From a bacterium (lineage in GTDB: Bacteria; Patescibacteriota; Minisyncoccia; Phycocordibacterales; Phycocordibacteraceae): a stretch of 64,000 nt of DNA. The notes below the pieces were generated by a model, which did no database searches, had not been told where the DNA came from, and saw only the letters and a program-made list of their open reading frames with translations. Position 1 is the stretch's first letter. The number at the start of each line of letters is the position of its first letter. Below are positions 30,321-39,765 of the stretch, piece after piece. The position numbers and the translations under genes were made by a program. The DNA is taken from contig DAICZA010000001.1 of the NCBI GenBank assembly GCA_027311385.1, positions 5,271 through 69,270 on the forward strand. Reading direction: 5' to 3'.

Positions 30321-30695
30321 TTATTTTGACGCACGGGCGCCGAAGTAACAAGCCTCGACGTTATTCCCGTCGGCGTCGTGAACAAATGCGGCATAGTAAT
30401 TCGGGCCGTAGTCGCGGCGGAATCCCGGGGCGCCGTTATCTTTGGCGCCGGCCTTGAGCGCAGCCGCGTAGAAATCCTGTACCGCCTTTTTGCTTCTCGC
30501 TCGAAACGCGATGTGCGTGGCTTGCGGCCGCTTCTGCACTGCAATGATGAAGCTCGCGTGCCCTCCTTCCATAAAGCCGGCGGCGTCCGGCGCCCATTCG
30601 TACTTCAGCTTGTAGCCGAGCGGCTTCAGCGCAGCGGTGTAGAACTGCACCGCCCTGCGATAATCGCTCACCGGAATTGAGACATGCTCAATCAT
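30321..30695 (-). CDS. VOC/glyoxalase family protein
   Basis: HVSIPVSD, HIAF, DNGAPG, YYAAFVHDADGNNVEA. Confidence 0.9.
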   Translation of the reverse strand: MIEHVSIPVSDYRRAVQFYTAALKPLGYKLKYEWAPDAAGFMEGGHASFIIAVQKRPQATHIAFRARSKKAVQDFYAAALKAGAKDNGAPGFRRDYGPNYYAAFVHDADGNNVEACYFGARASK

Positions 30696-30770
30696 GGCGG
30701 CAGTATACCATTGCGACATAGCATTTTTCGGTTAGTATACGAATACGCCCCTGCAAAGGGGCTAATAGAT

Positions 30771-30880
30771 TCCGCGGGAGCTCAGTGGTAAGCCCTCCGG
30801 GCTTTCTGCGTCGGCACTCGGCAGAAATGAATGTGCAGACGCATTCATTCCGCCTCACTTCTCGCAGTAGAGCGGATCGC
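30771..30880 (+). pseudogene. Degenerate copy of the tRNA-Asn 5' half interrupted by a ~76-nt insert
   Basis: TCCGCGGGAGCTCAGTGGTA (30771-90) and GTAGAGCGGATCGC (30867-80) each match the tRNA at 30920-50 with one mismatch. Confidence 0.55.
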
Positions 30881-30953
30881 CTCGAGAACATCGTGCAAGT
30901 TCATCGTCTGCAGTTCCATTCCGCGGTAGCTCAGTGGTAGAGCGGCTCGCTGT

Positions 30954-31518
30954 GGTTAAAGTTCAGAACCCGATGGTATACTGCACAGAGTATGCCAAAA
31001 GAAAAAAGAACTTATGCCGATCGTGCCGAGTATTTGCGTAAGGCCGTTTCCGAACGTCGTAAGAAACTTCGTGAAATGGCGCGCGAATACCGGGGCGGGA
31101 AATGTATGATTTGTGGTTACAAACGGTATTCGGGAGCACTTGATTTCCACCATCGAGACCCCACGAAGAAAGACTTTGGTCTTTCTGTGAAGGGACTTAC
31201 GCGATCGTGGGAGAAAATCAAAATAGAGATTGAGAAATGTGCTCTCGTGTGCGCAAACTGTCATCGCGAAATACATGCAGGCATTACGCAGCTTCCTACA
31301 GAAATGTAGACTGAAAACGAGGTGAATTCGGGGAAACCCTAACAGAGGAAATGCTGTGGGCAATCCCGAGCCAAGTCCCGAGAGTAATCAAGGGAAAGGT
31401 GTAGAGACTATCCCGCAAGGGAGTAGACCGAAAGGTCGAAGCGCCTCGCATCCGACATTTACGAAATGTAAAAAGGATGATGATATAGTCCATCCCGCCA
31501 GTAACGGCGGAACAAATG
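30954..31518 (+). ncRNA. Group I self-splicing intron in the tRNA-Asn anticodon
   Basis: 5' exon ends in U and intron ends in G; core motifs GAATTCGGGGAAA (P), AATCCCGAGC (Q), GTAGAGACTA (R), GATATAGTCC (S); candidate IGS TTACGCAGC at 31284-92. Confidence 0.9.
30992..31309 (+). CDS. Intron-encoded HNH homing endonuclease
   Basis: CMICGY...ALDFHHRDP...KCALVCANCHREIH. Confidence 0.88.
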   Translation: MPKEKRTYADRAEYLRKAVSERRKKLREMAREYRGGKCMICGYKRYSGALDFHHRDPTKKDFGLSVKGLTRSWEKIKIEIEKCALVCANCHREIHAGITQLPTEM

Positions 31519-31980
31519 TAACGAGTTGGTCGTAGGTTCGAATCCTACCCGCGGAGCTAGAAACAGTTAGGCCCTAATGCGAAAGCATCGGGGTCTTACT
31601 GTTTCTCTTCGTCGGTAGGATTCGAAGGCCGGAGGCGGACGCGCCGAGGCGGGGTCGCGCAAAATCTCAGCAGAGATTTATGCGCGACCGAGTCCTGCTC
31701 CCGGAGCCGAGTGAGCAAAACAAAAGAGCCCTCTTCAGGCTCTTTTGTTTTCGAGCGAGGCTCCGCGGGTATGCCTACATACCCGCGGAGCAAGGTAGGG
31801 ATGGAAGTGTGATAGCCTTATGGCATACAACGTGGCGCGAGTGGGCAGGTCATGACTATCGTGCTCGTAGCCATTGCCCTAGCCGGTATTGTCGGGGTGT
31901 GTGCGGCCAGCGCGGAGGGCTCCCGGGAGAGCAACCGGGCACTTGACGAGACTTGCACAAAATTGGATTATTATGGAATC

Positions 31981-32841
31981 ATGCGCTCTTCAAGAATTCA
32001 GCAACAGGCGCTCTTCATAACACTCCTGGCGTGTCTCTTGTCTCTCGTCGCCTATAAGGTATGGGGTACCCGGCAGACTCCCGTCTCTCAGACGGCCACG
32101 GTGGCAACTTCTATCGAGTCATGGGGTGAACTGGCTCCCGTGCCGGCAATCCCTGTCCTGTCCGCTGGATTCCCCTACATCGAGATTTTTGACAGCTGCA
32201 ACTGGGCGTACGCGGGCACCTGCGTCAATTTGCGTTCGGGTCCGGGCACGAATTTCCCCGTCGTGATGCAATTGCGGAACAATATAGTACTCAAGGTGGC
32301 GAGCACCACGGTGGTAGACGGCCGCACCTGGTACCAGATTGGCTTTGACGCCGAAATTCGTTACCCCGAACGCGTAACGAGCGATTGGTATGTCGCTGCG
32401 GATTATGCGCGGCTATTCTACGACCCCGGCCTCCTTGCGACGACAACAGGGGTGGACGCTTCGAGTGCCAAGCGGATTGTCATAGACCGCACCAAGGAAA
32501 TGCTCTACGCATACGACGGAGACGCGCTCTTCATGCAGCAAGCCATATCGGTTGGCCTGGAACTCACGCCGACGCCGCGCGGGACTTTCTATATATATCG
32601 CAAGCTGCCCGACAGCTACATGCAAGGCCCGATCCCGGACCTCAGTGACCAGTACTACGACCTGCCCGGTGTCCCGTGGGACCTCTATTTCACCAAGGAC
32701 GGGGGTGCTATCCACGGCGCGTATTGGCACAATAACTTTGGGCGGCCGTGGTCGCACGGATGCGTGAACTTGCCGCCCGCCGCCGCCGAGGTTCTCTACG
32801 AATGGGCCGATCTCGGAACGCCTGTCATCGTGACGGACTAG
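31981..32841 (+). CDS. L,D-transpeptidase with SH3-like domain
   Basis: VNLRSGPGT (SH3b); TPRGTF, AIHGAYWH, SHGCVNL. Confidence 0.9.
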   Translation: MRSSRIQQQALFITLLACLLSLVAYKVWGTRQTPVSQTATVATSIESWGELAPVPAIPVLSAGFPYIEIFDSCNWAYAGTCVNLRSGPGTNFPVVMQLRNNIVLKVASTTVVDGRTWYQIGFDAEIRYPERVTSDWYVAADYARLFYDPGLLATTTGVDASSAKRIVIDRTKEMLYAYDGDALFMQQAISVGLELTPTPRGTFYIYRKLPDSYMQGPIPDLSDQYYDLPGVPWDLYFTKDGGAIHGAYWHNNFGRPWSHGCVNLPPAAAEVLYEWADLGTPVIVTD

Positions 32842-32880
32842 ACGCTTGCCAAGTATCCCTGCATTTGAGATGATTGTTCG

Positions 32881-33606
32881 GTGTTAGCGTTATTTGCCGC
32901 CATCGCAGCGACAGTCACGTGGGTCGCCTTCCCCGCGACGCTCTACGAGGCGCCTACTCGTCCGGCTATTCACCAAGCAACCGCACCGCCGGCATTTTCT
33001 GTTGCACTCGCGCACGCCGAAACTGCCGGGTCTCCATCCATTTCAAAAGCCGCGCCGTCCGCAGCCGCCACAACAGCCGTCCCGAGCGTACCGTTCTTTT
33101 CCCAGTTCGCCGACATCGCTTCGCCTACGTGGCAGAAAGTGGGGTGTGGCATTACGGATCTCACGATGATCATCGATTACTATCATCCGGACGCCGTGTC
33201 GGTAGAAACCATGCTCAAAAAGGGCATCGCCGCGGGTGCCTATGACTACAATGCCGGCTGGATATACCAAGGGTTGATTGACTTGTCGAAGCTGTACGGT
33301 CTTGACGGCGCGTATTACGATCTGACCGCGCTCAATGCGGAAGCCGCATACGCTGCGCTCGCACAACACGTAGAGGCCGGACCGGTCATCGCCTCAGTGC
33401 ACTATAAATTTGACCCCAAGAACACTATTCCACACCTCGTCGTCATCAACGGCATCAAGGACGATATTGTGTACTACAACGATCCCGCCGCGAGGGAGGG
33501 TGCGAAGTCTATCTCTAAGTCAAACTTCCTCAAGGCGTGGAAGAAGAGAATCATTGACTTCCGTCCCTCTACTCAAAGTCGTGGGGTCGCCCTTGATTCA
33601 CACTAG
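32881..33606 (+). CDS. C39-like peptidase family exported protein
   Basis: VPFFSQ, GCGIT, HLVVING, YNDP. Confidence 0.8.
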   Translation: MLALFAAIAATVTWVAFPATLYEAPTRPAIHQATAPPAFSVALAHAETAGSPSISKAAPSAAATTAVPSVPFFSQFADIASPTWQKVGCGITDLTMIIDYYHPDAVSVETMLKKGIAAGAYDYNAGWIYQGLIDLSKLYGLDGAYYDLTALNAEAAYAALAQHVEAGPVIASVHYKFDPKNTIPHLVVINGIKDDIVYYNDPAAREGAKSISKSNFLKAWKKRIIDFRPSTQSRGVALDSH

Positions 33607-33675
33607 TGGTACCTCTTGGCATATACATATAGTTTTGATACGGCTTTTTTATTTTCACCCGGGTTCCCTGGCGCG

Positions 33676-34068
33676 CTATGCGCCCTCTTTCAGTGCCGCA
33701 AGCGCTTCCTCTTTTGTTTTAAGAAACGTGATGTTCTCGCGGCTGGAGAGTGCTGAGATTATCTCGCCGGCAAATTTAATCGTCGGGTTCGCACCGAAGC
33801 AGAGCGTCTTTGTTACGTACGGGCGGTCTACCTTCTCAAGATTGGCGAGCAGGAGCATTGCGCTCGGGTCATAGGTGCCGCTCAACTCGGTCAGGTCAAT
33901 GAGAATCGGGAGCGGTCGCGACGCTTTCTCGGATTCCTCGCGGATGAATGCGTTCGCCTTTTTAATATCTTCTTCAAGTAATGGGAGGCGCTCTCCGGTG
34001 AGCTCCCCTTGAATGACCATAAGTATGACTCCGTCCTGAATTGAGACCTCCAGTGGGCGATTTTCCAT
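33676..34068 (-). CDS. Hypothetical protein (STAS/SpoIIAA-like)
   Basis: ILIDLTEL and C-terminal FLKTKEEALAAL pattern. Confidence 0.6.
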   Translation of the reverse strand: MENRPLEVSIQDGVILMVIQGELTGERLPLLEEDIKKANAFIREESEKASRPLPILIDLTELSGTYDPSAMLLLANLEKVDRPYVTKTLCFGANPTIKFAGEIISALSSRENITFLKTKEEALAALKEGA

Positions 34069-34261
34069 AGAATAAGTGTACCATCGCTCTCTGTCCGCAC
34101 GAGGTTATCCCCACGTCGCTTGCGGCGGTCTGACAGCCCGCGAGCCATTGACAAACACATTTATAGAGTGTATAAACAACGCCAGGTGGTTTCTAAGCCT
34201 AACCGGGGTTTCTCCTTTGGAGATGCCCCACCGACAGTTGTCCTTTGATGGGAGACATACC

Positions 34262-35179
34262 ATGAAAATGCGTGTTTTGGCGGTCCTCGCGACCGTGATG
34301 TTGTTATTCGGGTGCGGTGGTGGCGGAGGTGGGAGTAGTGATTCGGCGGCTCCGGCCGCTCAAAATCCGTCTTCCTCAACTACTTCCACTGCTGAAGTAA
34401 AAGCACTCTCGACCACACCGGCAAAAGGTGCGGTCGTTCCCCCGGATTCGTTTTCGGGAGTCACGTATCAATTCAGCGGTGCCCTTGACCCGGCGAGTGT
34501 GAAGGCGGCAGGAAACATAACCCTGTGGGCCGGCGCGTCCGGTATCCCCGGGAATGCTGTTCCCCTCACGGTCACAGTAAGCGCTGACGGCAAGTCGTTC
34601 ACCGTTACCACGACGGGGAAGTTGAACTACTCGCAACCGTACGTGCTTACCGTAAAAGGTCTGACCGATTCGCTCGGCCGTCCGATCCAGGTAGACGACC
34701 TAGCCTTCAGCACCACGGGTCTGGACTGCACCGGGCTCACTGCCTGGTCCACGGACTACGAGACATGCAAATACCCCGTTGGGACACAAATCGTTAGCAT
34801 CAAGCAACTGCAAGACAGCAGTTGCACCAGCGATAAGTGGACCTGGGACAATGCGTGTTTCGTCACCGCTGTTCACAACGGAACGGTGCAAATTGCCGAG
34901 TCGCTCGACATAGCAGAGAACGACGACCCGGTGATATTCGCATTGTTTGCGGATGCCGCCGATGTAAACGTCATCCTGCCCTTTGACGTCGTTAACCCGA
35001 AAGCTCCGAAACCAATCGGCGGGAATATCCTCGCCGGATTGCCGGGAGCAGTCATCAATTGGGCAACCGGAAACATGGGAATCCGCCTGAATCTTAGCGG
35101 CATCCCTACCGTAGGTCTGTATCAGTTCATGTATAACCCGACGAACAAGGCCTTCGTCGGCGAACTTGTGACGCCGTAA
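34262..35179 (+). CDS. Lipoprotein with Ig-like domain
   Basis: Lipobox LLFGC + Gly linker; Big_5-like region (STTPAKGA...FSGALDPASV...YVLTVKGLTD); own TTGACA/TATAAA promoter and terminator. Confidence 0.7.
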   Translation: MKMRVLAVLATVMLLFGCGGGGGGSSDSAAPAAQNPSSSTTSTAEVKALSTTPAKGAVVPPDSFSGVTYQFSGALDPASVKAAGNITLWAGASGIPGNAVPLTVTVSADGKSFTVTTTGKLNYSQPYVLTVKGLTDSLGRPIQVDDLAFSTTGLDCTGLTAWSTDYETCKYPVGTQIVSIKQLQDSSCTSDKWTWDNACFVTAVHNGTVQIAESLDIAENDDPVIFALFADAADVNVILPFDVVNPKAPKPIGGNILAGLPGAVINWATGNMGIRLNLSGIPTVGLYQFMYNPTNKAFVGELVTP

Positions 35180-35238
35180 AGGACCGGCGTCAAAAGCCCC
35201 CTCCGCTGTAGTGCGGCGGGGGCTTTTTGTTTATACCG

Positions 35239-36294
35239 CTACTTCCCTTGCCCGTAATATTTCTTCAGGAGCGCGACGTGCTCCGCGTACGTATCGCTGC
35301 AGTGGATATTCCCCGCTTGGTCGTTGAAATAGTAGAGGCACGACGTCTGGAGCGGGTTAAGCGCGGCCAATACCGCGGCGACCGAAGGATTCGCGATGGG
35401 CGTCGGCGGCAGTCCGGAATGCAGGTAGGTGTTGTACGGCGAGCGGCGGTACATATCTGCGGGCACAACCGTCGGCCACCAGCTGGTGGCCGCCGCGGTA
35501 TTCGCTTTTGCATACTGGAGGGTGGAATCTATCTGCAGATTCATGTTGGCAAACAGGCGGTTCCAAATGATGCCGGAGACGAGCCGCATATCGGTGGTAC
35601 CGATGGTTTCGCGCTCTATGAGCGAGGCGATAGTGAGCGCTTCGGAGAGCGGTACCACGGCGGCCGTGCTCGTCGCGTAGTGATTCAGAACGTCTTGCGT
35701 AAAGCGCTCGTTCACGAGCGCCTGCACGGCCTGCGGCGCCATCCCGACGGTGACGAGGTACGTCCCGGGTGCAAACGAGCCCTCAACAAGCGGCAGCGAC
35801 GAAGTCGCTGTGGCGGTGAGGAACTTCTTCTTCTGCGCGGCGTTCCACGAGAGCGCTTTCCCGAACATCTCCGCCGCCTGCTCCTTGCGCATCCCCGGCG
35901 CGATGGTGACGAACCGGCCGTCCGCCGCCGCGAGGTCCTGGTACGCCGCCGTTCCGGCGATAGTCAGCGCCAGCCACCGGAACGCGCTCCAGAGCGCGTT
36001 CCCGGTGTCCCCTACCGCCGCCGCAAGCGGAGAATTGGGATTCTCAAGAAACGCATTCACCTGCGGGTCTTCCACAATCAGCTTGTCCTTGGGATACACC
36101 GTCACGGGAAACGGCGCCGACGCGGACGAATGAGATTGTTCGTACTGAACGGAGAGCGTAAAAAAGAACGGGACGGCATACAGCACGGCACACGTGACGG
36201 CTACCGCGAGCGCGCCGCTCCAGAGCAACCGCGAGAAGCGGCTTTTCGTATTTTGTTGCGGACGGCTTTTAGAATCACTTGGTATTGTTTTCAT
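35239..36294 (-). CDS. mltG: Endolytic transglycosylase MltG
   Basis: IASLIERE, LQIDSTLQY, SPYNTYLHSGLPPTPIANP. Confidence 0.9.
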   Translation of the reverse strand: MKTIPSDSKSRPQQNTKSRFSRLLWSGALAVAVTCAVLYAVPFFFTLSVQYEQSHSSASAPFPVTVYPKDKLIVEDPQVNAFLENPNSPLAAAVGDTGNALWSAFRWLALTIAGTAAYQDLAAADGRFVTIAPGMRKEQAAEMFGKALSWNAAQKKKFLTATATSSLPLVEGSFAPGTYLVTVGMAPQAVQALVNERFTQDVLNHYATSTAAVVPLSEALTIASLIERETIGTTDMRLVSGIIWNRLFANMNLQIDSTLQYAKANTAAATSWWPTVVPADMYRRSPYNTYLHSGLPPTPIANPSVAAVLAALNPLQTSCLYYFNDQAGNIHCSDTYAEHVALLKKYYGQGK

Positions 36295-36300
36295 ATGAGC

Positions 36301-36894
36301 TCAAGCCGAGGGCATAAAGAGCAGGCTGACGAGTGCGAAGAGTATCGCGCTGTAGAGGCCCCACGTCGCCGCGACGAGGAAAAATGTTGGCCCCCCGAGA
36401 ACGTAGATGAACAAGAACAGCAGCGCGAACGACTGGAGCACCATTTTCACCTTCCCCGTCGCGTTCGCCCCCGCGCTCCGGCCGTATGCGTACCGGTACA
36501 CGGCCCGCGCGCTAAGGACAACCTCAAGGAAGATAATGAGCGCCGCCACGCCGATGCCTATGTACCGCGTGACGAGGATGAGCGCAGTAGAGCCGATGAG
36601 CAGTTTGTCGGCCAAGGGGTCGGCAATCTTCCCCCAGCGGGTTATCTGGCCGCGCGTGCGCGCCATCGCCCCGTCAAGCGCGTCGGTGAGCGCGGCGGCG
36701 GCGAACACCGCCGCGCCCCACGCATAACTCTGCACCAAGAGGAGCGTGATGACGATAGGGACGGACACGAACCGCACGACCGTCACCGAGTTCGGCGAGA
36801 CCGAACGCGGAATGAGCCGCAGTATCGTGGCGCGCAAGAAGTCGTCGGCAATCTTCAGATGCGGCCCTGCTTGCTGTCTCGTGTGTCCGCTCAT
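36301..36894 (-). CDS. CDP-alcohol phosphatidyltransferase
   Basis: PNSVTVVR, DALDGAMAR...GKIADPLADK. Confidence 0.9.
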   Translation of the reverse strand: MSGHTRQQAGPHLKIADDFLRATILRLIPRSVSPNSVTVVRFVSVPIVITLLLVQSYAWGAAVFAAAALTDALDGAMARTRGQITRWGKIADPLADKLLIGSTALILVTRYIGIGVAALIIFLEVVLSARAVYRYAYGRSAGANATGKVKMVLQSFALLFLFIYVLGGPTFFLVAATWGLYSAILFALVSLLFMPSA

Positions 36895-37010
36895 AGCTGT
36901 CTCTCTGTTATACACCATCGGGAAGCGTTCCCTCGCCTTTCTGCGCGCAAACTCGTGCACAAACAACCGGACACATTGCGATAATGAATAGTTCGTGGTA
37001 CTATCAAGGG

Positions 37011-37247
37011 ATGAAATCGCCCGATGTAGACCGACTGCGGAGCGAGAAGCCGATTTCTTTTTCAGACTTCTTGCAGTCATACAACGAGAATCTCCCCGCG
37101 GCGTTCCCGCGCGCCTCGCTCGCGCTCCTGCGCGAGTTCAAGAAAGCGAACGCGTCGCTCTTTAAGGAAGGCAACCTGTGGTCGCTTGACCAGCACCGCA
37201 AAAAAGTGATGGACTGGCTCACGTCACGGCAGCTGAAACAGCTCTGA
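37011..37247 (+). CDS. Hypothetical protein
   Basis: 78-aa ORF with TACTAT -10 six nt before ATG. Confidence 0.6.
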   Translation: MKSPDVDRLRSEKPISFSDFLQSYNENLPAAFPRASLALLREFKKANASLFKEGNLWSLDQHRKKVMDWLTSRQLKQL

Positions 37248-37290
37248 GGATACCGCCTGCGGCACACCGCGGCCGTGCTACGCTGGAGGT

Positions 37291-38310
37291 ATGGATACCC
37301 ATCGGGTAGAAAGCAATTCCCTCCTCGCGCTCTTTCTCGGCGCCTCCATTCTTCTCTTTTTCGTCTTCGCGCCGTTCTTCGCGGCTCTGTCGCTCGCCGC
37401 AGTCTTTGCGATACTCCTCCACGCGCCGTACGAGAAACTGGTCCGCCTTTTCGGCGGATGGAAGAGCGCGGCCGCCCTGCTCACCGTCGGCGTGATGCTT
37501 ATCTTCTTTATCGTACCGCTCTTCTTCCTGGGAACGCAGATCGCCCAGGAAGCGCACGGGCTCTACACGGGAATGAACGGAAACGGAGCGCAGTACGTGC
37601 AAACGCTCCAGACGGCGGCTGAGCATCCGCTCCAGCAGATATTCCCCGGCTTCGTATTCAACTTGAATGCGTACATCGGGAACACGCTTGTCTTCATCTC
37701 GGATAATCTCGGGTCGCTCATCTACCAGACGCTGTACGTGCTCTTTGAAACATTCCTGATGCTCTTCGCTCTCTTCTTCTTCCTGCGCGACGGACGCGGC
37801 TTCCTCGCGGCATTCGCGCGGATAAGCCCGTTCGGGAAAGATACGACAAACGACATTCTGGACAAGATGTACCGGACCATCCAGGCGGTGATGCAGGCGA
37901 CGCTGTTCGTGGCGCTTGCCCGCTGGATATGTCTCGGCATCGCGTTCACGCTCTTCGGCATACCGAATGCGCTCCTCTGGAGCAGTGTCGGCGCCCTTCT
38001 CGGAATGATTCCCGGCGTCGGGACGCCCGTCGCCCTCGTCGGCGCGGTCGCGTATCTGTACCTCCTCGGCAATCTTCCCGCCGCGGTTCTCCTCGCACTG
38101 CTTGGCATCGTCATCGTCGTGCTTGTGGACAACTTGCTCACGTCGTACTTCTTCAGCAGGGGACTCCAGGTATCGCCGGTGTTTATCCTGTTCTCGCTCC
38201 TCGGCGGCATCGTCTTCTTCGGGCCGGTCGGGTTCGTACTCGGGCCGCTCATTCTTTCAGTATTCCTCTCCGTCATCCGCGTCTACGGCCGCGAAGAAAA
38301 TAGGGCCTGA
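37291..38310 (+). CDS. AI-2E family transporter
   Basis: Multi-TM; LFFFLRDG, IPGVG, LLGGIVFFGPVGFVLGP. Confidence 0.9.
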   Translation: MDTHRVESNSLLALFLGASILLFFVFAPFFAALSLAAVFAILLHAPYEKLVRLFGGWKSAAALLTVGVMLIFFIVPLFFLGTQIAQEAHGLYTGMNGNGAQYVQTLQTAAEHPLQQIFPGFVFNLNAYIGNTLVFISDNLGSLIYQTLYVLFETFLMLFALFFFLRDGRGFLAAFARISPFGKDTTNDILDKMYRTIQAVMQATLFVALARWICLGIAFTLFGIPNALLWSSVGALLGMIPGVGTPVALVGAVAYLYLLGNLPAAVLLALLGIVIVVLVDNLLTSYFFSRGLQVSPVFILFSLLGGIVFFGPVGFVLGPLILSVFLSVIRVYGREENRA

Positions 38311-38371
38311 TGGCCCGCAGAAAACGCGGCCGCCCCTCTCGGGGCGGCCGCGTTTCTTTCTCTCTTATTCC

Positions 38372-38602
38372 CTATTGCGTCCAACCGCTCATCATCCCGT
38401 AGCCGTAGCCACCGTAGCCGTTTCCATAACTTCCGTGGAGCATCCCGCGCAGTTCGCCGAACTGCACGCCGCACCAGAAGATGAAGATGGCGACCAGAAT
38501 CTTGATGGCAATATGCGCCCAGTGATGGCGTCCGTGCCAGCAGTGGCCGCAGTGGCCGCACCCTTCCCGCCCCTCTCTCATTTCTTTTGTCTCCGTATCC
38601 AT
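38372..38602 (-). CDS. Small His/Gly-rich membrane protein
   Basis: CGHCGHCWHG, TM helix, GYGMM tail. Confidence 0.55.
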   Translation of the reverse strand: MDTETKEMREGREGCGHCGHCWHGRHHWAHIAIKILVAIFIFWCGVQFGELRGMLHGSYGNGYGGYGYGMMSGWTQ

Positions 38603-38901
38603 ATGCTTTGTATTACAGAATATAGGGTCAGTATACACGATGAACGCCTATCAAATAAAGCTCCAACTGTCCATCCTTAAGGAGGATGACGATGCTGTCT
38701 GGGTATGTATGCTCTCCCGCTAAAGGTTACGCCGGTACTGGAAGACGTGGGGAGTATTGAACCCCCGCTACTGCCCCCGCCAGACGAGGAGAATAAACAG
38801 TACACTCCATCCGAAAACGGTACGCATAACTTTCTTTTATCGTAGCATAAGGTGGATGTCATTTTCTCTTTCTCCCGCGCAACGGTATACTGCCGACCAC
38901 C

Positions 38902-39765
38902 ATGACCCCGCGTGCCCGCCCTCCCCTTGTCCTGACTATTTCCGCCCTCGCCGTGCTGGCGGGAATGCTCCTTGTGCTTCAAGGAAGAACGGCGCCTGCC
39001 GTCCGACCGTCTCCAGGCAACGAAACACTCTATGCCGAACTCCCAATACACGCGACGCAAACGGTCCCTCCCGCGACGGCGTCCACAACGGAGGTTGCCC
39101 TGCCGATTTTGGTCTACCACATCGTCCGGCCGAGCTACCCGAGCGACAGCGCGGCCGTGCGGGCGCTCGCCCAGACGCCGGAAGTCTTTGACGCACAGAT
39201 GCAGTACCTGAAAGACGCCGGCTACCACGTCGTATCGTTTGGCGCGCTTGAGAACTATTTCCGCGACGGCACCCCGCTCCCTGCTAAACCGGTCATCATT
39301 TCGTTTGACGACGGCTGGGGCGACCAGTTCAACTACGCCTTCCCCATTCTGGAGAAGTACCAGTACACGGCGACCTTCTTCGTCTTCACAAACCCGATAG
39401 GCAAGGGCGGCTTTATGACCTGGGACGACTTGCGGACGCTCGTGAAGGCCGGTATGACCATCGGCAGCCATTCGCGCTCGCATCCATACCTGACGAAAAT
39501 CACCGACCCCGCCGTCCTCTGGAACGAAATAGACGGAAGCAAGAAGCTCCTGGAACAGAACCTCGGCATCACGGTCAACGAATTCGCCTATCCGTTCGGG
39601 CAGTACAATGCGACGACCACGGCGCTCGTGCGGCAGGCCGGCTACCGCTCCGCCCGCGGCGACTTCTACACCGGCAAACAGTTCTCCAACCGGCTCTATA
39701 TGCTAAGCGCGCTGAATGCGCCTACGACGCTGGCGCAGTTTGAGCGGCGGTTCCCTGCTCAATGA
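38902..39765 (+). CDS. Polysaccharide deacetylase (CE4)
   Basis: PILVYH, SFDDG, GSHSRSH, FAYPFG. Confidence 0.92.
   Translation: MTPRARPPLVLTISALAVLAGMLLVLQGRTAPAVRPSPGNETLYAELPIHATQTVPPATASTTEVALPILVYHIVRPSYPSDSAAVRALAQTPEVFDAQMQYLKDAGYHVVSFGALENYFRDGTPLPAKPVIISFDDGWGDQFNYAFPILEKYQYTATFFVFTNPIGKGGFMTWDDLRTLVKAGMTIGSHSRSHPYLTKITDPAVLWNEIDGSKKLLEQNLGITVNEFAYPFGQYNATTTALVRQAGYRSARGDFYTGKQFSNRLYMLSALNAPTTLAQFERRFPAQ

Larger units (their letters stand above)
30920..31556 (+). tRNA. tRNA-Asn (GTT), exons 30920-30953 and 31519-31556, split by a group I intron
   Basis: Acceptor TCCGCGG/CCGCGGA; joined exons give anticodon arm CTCG-CTGTTAA-CGAG; T-arm GTAGG-TTCGAAT-CCTAC. Confidence 0.92.

Noticed and set aside
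35227-36984. Long antisense ORFs (also 16979-18454, 58318-59523, 60265-61449)
   Set aside because: Shadow frames of high-GC genes (mltG, phosphatidyltransferase, mrdA, P-type ATPase) with no motifs
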